Positions 55,980 through 64,000 of a stretch of 64,000 nucleotides of DNA are shown here, in pieces. A program made the translations under genes and the position numbers. Source of the stretch: the human T2T-CHM13v2.0 reference genome, Homo sapiens. The notes below the pieces were generated by a model. That model worked only from the letters and a program-made list of their open reading frames with translations. It was not told the origin of the DNA and did not search any database. Positions within the stretch are counted from its first letter, which is position 1. Every line of letters starts with the position of its first letter. The DNA lies in assembly GCF_009914755.1 (NCBI RefSeq), contig NC_060927.1, one strand, 5' to 3'.

Positions 55980-56678
55980 TCAATTTTTAAACAACTGGCA
56001 TTTCAAAAGTTCAACTAACCTGCATCACCTAGACGCTGCCCTCACTTAGTGCCATAGTCCACACTAAAACCCTGTGACGGAGGTAGTGCATCCTCCCCAC
56101 TTCTCAGATGAAGATGGCAAGGCCCAGGGAGGCTGGTGAGGGGGAGGCTGCCATCAGAGCTGAGGTCTTCTCCAGGTCCAGGGAGTACTGGACCCTGAGC
56201 TGCCAGCCCGGGTGGCTTAGCCCTGAGGGACTGAACATATTTAAGTAGCAAGTGAGCTCCAAGAGGCTGCAAGCTGATGTCTGTTTGGTTCAGCATTTCC
56301 CCAGTGCCCAGACAGTGCAGGCACATAGTGAGTTTCAATAAATACTTGCTGAGTGGAGGGAGAGCAGAGCAGCCTCCCTGCCTCCACCCCACAACACCCC
56401 ACCCCCGAAGCCCCGTCAGAGTGCTGGGGGGTCTGTCCTGAGGATGGAGCGGGGCTCCTGTGAGTGCTCAGCTCAGTGACCGGCGCGCGCCATGGCTGCT
56501 TTCTTCTTCCACCTGTCATCTCGACATCAGCCTGCCCTTCCCCAGGCCGCTCTGCTGCAACAGCAATAAGGTGCCTCTCTTCATAACTATCCTCCCTTGT
56601 AACTCGCAAAGAGCTTTCATACCTAGTTTCTCATTTAGAATCAGAGAATTCTAGAAGTGGAAGAAACTTCCTAAATCC

Positions 56679-56885
56679 TCAATCTCCTGGGCTCAAGTGA
56701 TCTTTCCACCTCAGCCTCCCAAGTAGCGGGGACAGGTGCACGCCACTGCACCCAGCTAATTTTTGTATTATTTTTGTAGAGACAGAGTCACATCCTATTG
56801 CCCAGACTGGTCTCAAACTCCTGGCCTCAAGCGATCCTCCCACCTCAGCCTCCCACAGTGCTGGGATTACAGATGTGAACCACTG
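56679..56885 (-). mobile_element. Truncated Alu (AluJ-like)
   Basis: Partial antisense Alu, right-arm end missing. Confidence 0.85.
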
Positions 56886-57367
56886 TAATCCCACTGTAAT
56901 GCCTCACCCTGAAACATTTTTTTTAAGTGAATCCTTTAATCAAATGAAATATTGTACAGAAAAAGAGCTGAATGGCCCTGCATAAGGTGGGAAAGAATGC
57001 AGTGCTCAGCCCTCTAGGTTTCTGGGACCCTCCCCACAGCCCCTTGGAGGATATAGGCTCCCCAGGGCAGTTGGAACTTCCCTCATCCACTCCAGGTCTC
57101 TTCACCTTTCAGAAAGAACCGAGATGGCAGGAGGGAGAGTGTCATGCCCAAGCCGTGGCATGGGTTGGTCAAAGAACTAAGGCGTGAGGGCCAGGTGCAG
57201 CTGCATAGAGGGAGTCCCGTAAATGAACAGTGAATATCTAAGAATATGGAATAGACTCCAGGAGGCAGGGCTGTACGGAGCAAAACCAGGCCACAAAACC
57301 CTGTTGGAGTCTTTAAACATCTTTAACCACTTGGCCTGTGATCCAAGGTCAGAGGATCAGTGACTTG

Positions 57368-57598
57368 CCCAAGGTCACAAGGCTGGGTGTCCAGGGTCAC
57401 AAGGGTGAGTGCCAAGGGTCACAGGCTGAGAGCTCAAGGTCACAAGGCTGAGCACCCAAGGTTATAAGGCTGGGTACTCAAGGTCACAAGGGTGAGCGTC
57501 GAGGTCATAAGGCTGGGAGCCCAGGAAAGGCTAGGTATCTAGGGTCACAGGCAAGGTGCCCAGGGTCACAAGGATGTGTGTCCAAGGTCACAAGACTG
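57368..57598. repeat. Degenerate minisatellite, about 11 units of ~21 bp (consensus ~CCAAGGTCACAAGGCTGGGTG)
   Basis: Direct reading; begins inside a MIR-like core tgacttgcccaaggtcaca. Confidence 0.9.
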
Positions 57599-57924
57599 AA
57601 TGATTTACCAATTTCCTCTTTCTCTTTATGCTGCTTGTCCCTGATTAGGCCCCAGAAGCCTGCTTAAACCCCCATCTGCCTATGTCTCAACCCTACAATT
57701 TGTGCTAACCAAGCCCATGTAAGCAGGAACCACAACTGCTCATTGCCTCAGGCAGTTACCCTCCCAATCCTGCCTCCTTGAAAGCCTGGCTCCTGCACCA
57801 ACAGGAGCAGAGGCAGCTGCTCTCTGCTCACCGTGAGCTTCGTGGACCCAGCGACCATCCTCCCTCTGGTCCTGCTCATCACAAGGCAACCCTTTACTAT
57901 TTCTGTCTTCCTCCAGTTATGCAT

Positions 57925-58228
57925 TTTATTTTATTTTTTGCGATAGGGTCTCGCTCTGTCGCCCAGGTTGGAGTGCAGTGGTGAAATCACAGCTCACTGC
58001 AGCCTTGACCTCCTGGGTTCAAGCGATCCCAAGTAGCTCCTGCCTCAGTCTCCCAAGTAGCTGAGATCATAGGCACGCACCTTTAAGCACTGCTAATTTT
58101 TGTGTTTTTTAAGAGACAGGGTTTTGACATGTTGTCCAGGCTGGTCTCAAACCCCTGGGCTCAAGCAGTCCTTCCCCCTCAGCCTCCCAAGGTGCTGGGA
58201 TTACAGGTGTGAGCCACCAAGCCCGGCC
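57925..58228 (-). mobile_element. Alu (AluJ-like)
   Basis: Antisense dimer with J-type ctcactgcagccttgacctcctggg. Confidence 0.88.
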
Positions 58229-59260
58229 TTCTCCATTTAGCTTTAAACGTTTTCATCTGCCTTAGGAAGAAGACAAATGTCCACCACTGGCTCTGCATCA
58301 TTCTAGGACTTAGTGCCACACTTACCATCTGCAGTTAACTCAAGGGGCATTTGAAAATTATAAAGAGAAGCCCTACGTTAATTTTAACCCAGGGTAACAT
58401 AGCGTATGTTGAGAACACCAGGGGCAGCATGTATGTGGGGAGTGGACAGGTGGGGGACCTGAGCCTAGTTGCAACAGTCCCGGCTGTCTTGGCAAGGACT
58501 CCTCCTGGCCTCCATGAGGTTCTGTTTCTCAACACAACAGTGGTGCAATGGTGGGTCTTACACCAACGTCTCTCAGGGCATCTGAGCTTCGCACTTTCCT
58601 ACCGTCCCTCAAAAAGCAAAAGAGGTGTCATGGGAGGAAGAAAGAAAACCTGCGTTTATCAAACCCCAGGCCCCAAACCAAGCACTCTGCATACTTCACC
58701 TCATTGAATCCCTGGGATAACCCCAGCAAGCCTTACCAGCCCTGCTTTTTCAACTTAGGGGATTGTGCAGACTTGCCAAGGCCGCACAGGTAGTAAAGGA
58801 TGAAGCCACAATTCAAGGCCTCGTCTGTCTGGTTCCAGAGCCCCGCTCCCCCAACCTCTAAGTGCAGACAGCACGCTGCATTGGTAGTTCACTTCTGACA
58901 GCACCCCACAGGCTGGTATTGTTAGCCCATTTTACAGATGAGGAGTGTGAAGTCCGGAGAAGTCAAGTAACTTGCCAAGGCCACACAGCAAATTAGAGCC
59001 AAGGTCTGTCTCTCTAAAGCTGAGCCTGTTTCACATCTGTCCAATGGCTGGTGGAAGGAAGGTCACGTGAACCGTCCTGCACACTACCGCATGCAAAGCA
59101 TTCCCACAGTGCTCTTGAGGGAGTGGTCTGGCTGCTCCTCCTAGAAGCAGGAAAGCCAAGACTCCCATGAGGCTAAAGCCATGGGCTCCAGCAGATCCAG
59201 CAACTAGGGAGAGGCTGGATTTGCAGGGGGGCTGTGTATGCATCCAAAACTGCTGCTCTC

Positions 59261-59624
59261 TGCTGTGGTGGGAATGTTTGTCTCCCCTCAGAATTCATGT
59301 TGAAATCCCAACCCCAAAGGTGATGGTGTTGGGAGGTGGGGCCTTTGGGAGGTGATAGGTCATGGGGGCAGAGGCCTCATGAATGGGGTTAGAGGCCTTA
59401 TTAAAGGGGCTGCAGAGCTCTCTAGCCCTCTTCCCACCATGTGAGGACACAGTGAGAAAGCATCATCTATGAACCAGGAGGTGGTTCTCTCACCAGACAC
59501 GGAATCTGTCAGCACCTTGACCTTGGACTTCCCAGCCTCCAGAACTGTGAGGAATAGATCCCTGCTGTTTATCAGCCACCCAGTCTAGAGTGTTCTGTTA
59601 CAGCAGCCTGGACGCACTGAGGCA
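59261..59624 (+). mobile_element. MaLR solo LTR (MLT1A-like)
   Basis: tgctgtggtgggaatgtttgtctccc...gggaggtggggcctttgggaggtga...ttggacttcccagcctccagaactgtgag. Confidence 0.85.
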
Positions 59625-59854
59625 CTCTCGGCAGATCTGAAGGCAACAGCTGGGCTCCAGCCTGGGCTGGTTTCCTCCCAGGGTTACTGAGATGGAATGA
59701 GATGTTTGAGGAAGCCCCTTATAAACTGTGAGGTTCTGTGCTTGTGAATGTTATTATTTTTGAGGGGCCCAAGAATGCTGTGGGCTGCTGCTTAGAGGCC
59801 AGGGTCCCCCGAAGGGGTCAAATTCTAGACCCCTTGAACTCTAGAGCCAGACAG

Positions 59855-60050
59855 CTTGGGCTTGAGTCTAGGCTCTGCCACGTAGCAGCCATGCCACCTT
59901 GGGCAGGCGGCTTAACCTGTCTGTGCCTCAGCTTCCTCGTCAGTAAGAGGGAGACAACAGTCTCACCTCCTGGCAGCGCTGTGAGGACAAGTCAGATAAG
60001 GTATGAACATGTAAACACAGTGTTGAGCACATGCTGGGTGCTCAGTACTT
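59855..60050 (+). mobile_element. MIR
   Basis: ggctctgccac...ccttgggcaggcggcttaacctgtctgtgcctcagcttcctcgtc. Confidence 0.7.
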
Positions 60051-61264
60051 GTGTCTTCTTAGGACAGGCCCTGGGGGTCACCACAAGACAGGAGAGGCCT
60101 AGGCAGGTAGGGTGGACACAGGCTGTGCCGGGCTGGCTCTGGACTGGGACAGCATGACGGGGACTTGTTAAAGAGTGCACCTGCTCTCATCTTGCTGCCT
60201 TAAGTTGCACCCACAACATGTGGACTTGGGGGAGGGACCCTGAGACATGCACGAGGCCTTGAGTTCAGTATGATGCAGACTAGACTCAGCCTTCCATTTC
60301 TAGAGGGAGATGTCGTTACAAGGAGACTCAGGCTCGCCACTGTTGGGCCTTCCCTGTCTCTCACCTCTCTGCCAAATCTTGTTGCTTTTATCTCTGTGTC
60401 TCTCCACTCTGCTCAGGCCTCTTTATTCCTAGGGTCGCCACCCAAGTTCAAGGCTCAGAGAGGTCTGGTTGACACTGCCACACAGCACACAGCAAGTCCC
60501 TCCCAGCCTGGCGGCCCAAAGTCCTCCCCACACTCCCTGACTTCGCCCTGCAATCTGTCTTCGCACAGCAGCCTCAGGTCGTTCAGAAATCACACACATC
60601 ACAGTATACTGCTCCCCTGCTCACAGCCCTCCCTCCAGTGGCTTCCAACATCCCAGAGCAGCCTCTGTTCCTCCTCCTTGGGCCCACAAGGCCCCTGCCC
60701 ATCACTGCTCACCTGCTGTTCTGTCTAAGCTCTGACCATCCTGGCTTGCTGGCGACCTGAGAGCACCCTGCTAGCCCCTGCCCCCGGGCCTTTGCACTGA
60801 CTGTTCCCAGCTCTAGACTCCCTCTGCCACCCAGACCTTTGCAAGAATGGGTCCAAATGACTGCCACAGCCTCTTGAAAGGCTTCCCAAACTGTTGGGCA
60901 GAGGGAGCCCCTCTCCCTGGCAGCCTCCTGCCTCTTGCCTCCCCTGCACTTGGCAGGACATAACACCTCTCCTTATTCACTCATGTCTGCCTGGCTCACT
61001 GCTGGACCTCTGTGCCTAGAACAGTTAGGAGTGCAGTTGGGCATTCAGTGAATATCAAAGAATGAAGGAAGAAGAGTTCCTTCACCTGAATGCTCTTTCT
61101 CCATATTTCCCTGTTCAATTTCATCTCCTTGAGGAAGCATCCTTTGAAGTCTGGGACAGAACTTTCAATAGCTGCAAAGTCTCCCTGCACCTTTCTTTGC
61201 AGGTGAGCTGGCAGGTACTTCGTGTCTAATAGATGCCTGGCGTTGTGTATGGTTTGTTACACAC

Positions 61265-61436
61265 ACTCTCTCAGGGGTCCTCAGCAGCAGCAGCAGCAGC
61301 AGCAGCACCCCCAGGGGCTGTTAGAAATGCACATTCTTGGGCCCCACAGCAGACCAACTGAATCTGAATCCTGGGGTGGGCCCAGCCATCTGGCTTTCAA
61401 CAGGGGATGCTGCTGCCACTGGAGTTTCAGACCCTG
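61265..61436. mobile_element. MER5A-like relic containing (CAG)8 at 61282-61305
   Basis: cagcagca...gttagaaatgcacattcttgggcccca...actgaatctgaatc...ggggtgggcccagc. Confidence 0.7.
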
Positions 61437-62840
61437 CGCTATCTCATTTCATCTCCACGGCCACAGAGCAACCTTGTTATTATCATGGTCCTCATTTTAC
61501 AAACGAGCAACTGAGCCACATGGAGGTTTTTGTTTTGTTCAACAAAGAGGCAAATGACCTCATATCAGAGAGGGCACACAAACTCATATCCGAGATTTAC
61601 ATCAAATAAACTCAACAGGCTTTCATCAAAGGTAGAGCATTCACTATGCTTAATAGTGAATGAAGAAGGAAGAGGAGGAGGCAAGGGGAGGAAGGGAATG
61701 AGTTGGGGAATAGCAGAGACTATGGGGGTCTCAGGGTGGCACAGTCCACTCTCCCACACTCTACAAGTTGCAGCAAGTTCACTGTCACCCACCCTCGGAG
61801 TTGGGCCCCCAAGGAACTCTTGAAGACTTAAAGGGCAACTCACTCCATTATTTTAATTCTCATATTTACTAAGGCAAGAAAAACGGTTAACACATTTTTC
61901 AAACGTTTCAAACAAAAATATATTACTTACAAGAAATAAAATAAACCTATGGCAGTTTATTTTAGAAAACTTCCAGCAAGCGACCTTGACTCAAATCTGT
62001 CTCCCTGGATGAAAAACACCCATATACAATTATTCCCCCTGAATTTCCTAAATACTCTTCTTCTGACTGGGTAGGACCCCCCCGCCAAGGAGAACCACGC
62101 GTAACTGCCGCCCACAGACATTCCCTCAAAACTTCCTCTTCTCACATGCCCCAGCTGAGTTAAAAAAAAACACACACACAAAGCCCTCTTTAACACTTTC
62201 CCTCAAATATTTGCAGATAATTAATTCACTGTTCATCAGTTGAGGATGGTTCGTTTATACTTTGTAAATACAGAGGAGGCTTCTCTGGCCCCAGCAAGTG
62301 CTCCTGGAGCCGAGAGTGCGTGTTAGGAAGTCAGGAGGCTGCTCCCTGGGGAAGGGCCCTTTCCAGCAGGACTGCAGGGAGCAGGCCTGCGGGCAAATGG
62401 GCCTCAGATTCCCACCGTCTCTCGCAGCAGCGCCTCCTGGGTGGGTCCATGTGTGCCCTCCTCCCGGAGTCCTCCTTGCCCCCTCTGGGTGAGACTGGCC
62501 CTTCTGCCTGCATGGAAGGCCAAGGGGTTTCCAGTGAGTCACTGCAGCAGCTGGCAGACCAGGGACCAAGAGAACGCCAGCCCCGGTTTTCTCCCTGCTA
62601 TATTTAGAATGTTGCGGAAAATCCCATCTTCTGGTGTCCCCACCTGTTCACACATGGCAGCAGCCCCTCCGTTTCTGGCTGCCCATGCACCTCTCCCTCA
62701 TGGGCTCTACTCTGAGGCCCCTCTCCTGAGGATCTCCAAAGTCTCCTGGTGGCCTTCCATCCTTCCAGGCCCCAGAGCCTTTCCTAATAAATCCTGTCTT
62801 CACCAGCTCCAAACTTTGTGCCTGTGTGGCCTCCTCTGCT

Positions 62841-63025
62841 CAGTGGTAGTTCTCAACCTGGGCTGCATATAAGAATCCCCTCATGTATCTTTTAAAATCC
62901 TGATGCCCAGGTGACACCAAAGACCAATAAATCAGGATCTCTGAGGGGTGGGGGAGGGGGAGCCCAGGCTTCAGGATTTTTTGACTCCCCAGTAATCCTG
63001 ACAGTAGGCAAGGTGAGAACCATGG
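62841..63025. mobile_element. MER5-family relic
   Basis: gtagttctcaacctgggctgcatataagaatc...gatgcccagg...gtgagaaccat. Confidence 0.6.
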
Positions 63026-64000
63026 CTCTCAACGATCGGAGCCCTTCCTCCTGCTGACAAGCTCCCACTCTCCGACAAGACCCGGCCATCCTGCCAGCCA
63101 CCCTTCTGGCCCTCCAGGCATTGAGGATGCCCTGAGCCTGGAGGTGCCACACCCCTTCCTGAGCTGCGGGCCTTGTGGCGCCTCTGTCCCAGCAGCGCAT
63201 CCATGGCACTTACGGGCTCTCCACCTGCTTGGTCACCAGACTCAGGTCCAGTGGCCACACTGCTGGACCCTCTGCTCATTGAGGGGACCCGGCAGTGCCC
63301 TGCTTACGTGGATACCTTAATGTGGATGTTCTACCCTTAATATTTAAAGCATTTCTGGTCTGATCTATTTTGGCTTATAAACTCTTCCAGTCATTCAGCA
63401 AACACTGTTGATGCCTCCACTTCCTGCTCAGTCCAGGAATGGACTATGCTATGCAAAGATGATGAGAAGGGTCTTGGGGGAGGGAGAGGAGCGAATGGAC
63501 AACACAATGTAAGACACTGTCTTTGCCTGCCTGCAGTGGCTGCCTTGGCCTAAAGGAATAGTTCCCACGCAGGATAATACATGCTATAAAAAGCTATGCC
63601 CTTAGAGAGGGGCTGCTTGCTTTCTCTGGGGAAGACGGGTCATGTTTTCATTAGGACAACAGTTACTGTGTCCATGCATTTCTCCTTGCTTCACACCTCA
63701 CCCAGAACAAACACCCAATTAGGAACTTCAACCAATGCTTATTAATGATGCCAATACTAATAGCCTTCACATCAAAACCTTCAGAAAGAACACAAGGATG
63801 GGTGAGACGAAAGGAAATCGTGTGAGTGAGCTGAAATGCCCAGAAAATACATAAAGTAGAAACAATCGGGGAAATGCTAATTTAATAATAAACCTGGGAG
63901 TGTGGCATGGCAGAGATGGATAGCCATCAGCAATGTCCATTCTCTGTGTCTACCTTACCAACAGAAGTTTCTGTTGTTTGGGTCAGTAGTTAAAAATTAC

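Noticed and set aside
57368-57598. CRISPR-like array
   Set aside because: Eukaryotic context; contiguous degenerate units with no unique spacers and no cas genes.
61222-61557. PolyQ-containing ORF
   Set aside because: (CAG)8 inside a MER5A relic, antisense to MGLL, no exon evidence.

Overview
Primate (human-like) genomic DNA lying wholly inside the monoglyceride lipase gene MGLL, which is on the minus strand. Two constitutive coding exons are clear: 9020-9156 (137 nt, VGHGQSEG...LLGHSM) and 7643-7753 (111 nt, GGAIAIL...ATTFK). Together they build the GHSMG nucleophile motif. The rest is intron (about 55 kb of the large upstream intron, a 1.27 kb intron and 7.6 kb of the downstream intron), rich in Alu, MIR, L1, L2, MaLR/ERV1 LTR and MER DNA-transposon relics. 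Almost all ORFs in the supplied track are chance ORFs. I see no prokaryote-type system (CRISPR, operon, RNA genes). The most interesting signals are: (1) a 78-nt frame-preserving cassette exon adding an amphipathic basic/aromatic 26-mer at the lid of the enzyme; (2) a phase-compatible alternative first or cassette exon at about 22.3-22.4 kb; (3) two highly identical local inverted duplications and close inverted Alu pairs in the same region; (4) a MIR-derived minisatellite that multiplies nuclear-receptor sites; (5) several templated or atypical insertions. Repeat subfamily names come from recalled consensus features, not from a database run, and their boundaries are approximate.
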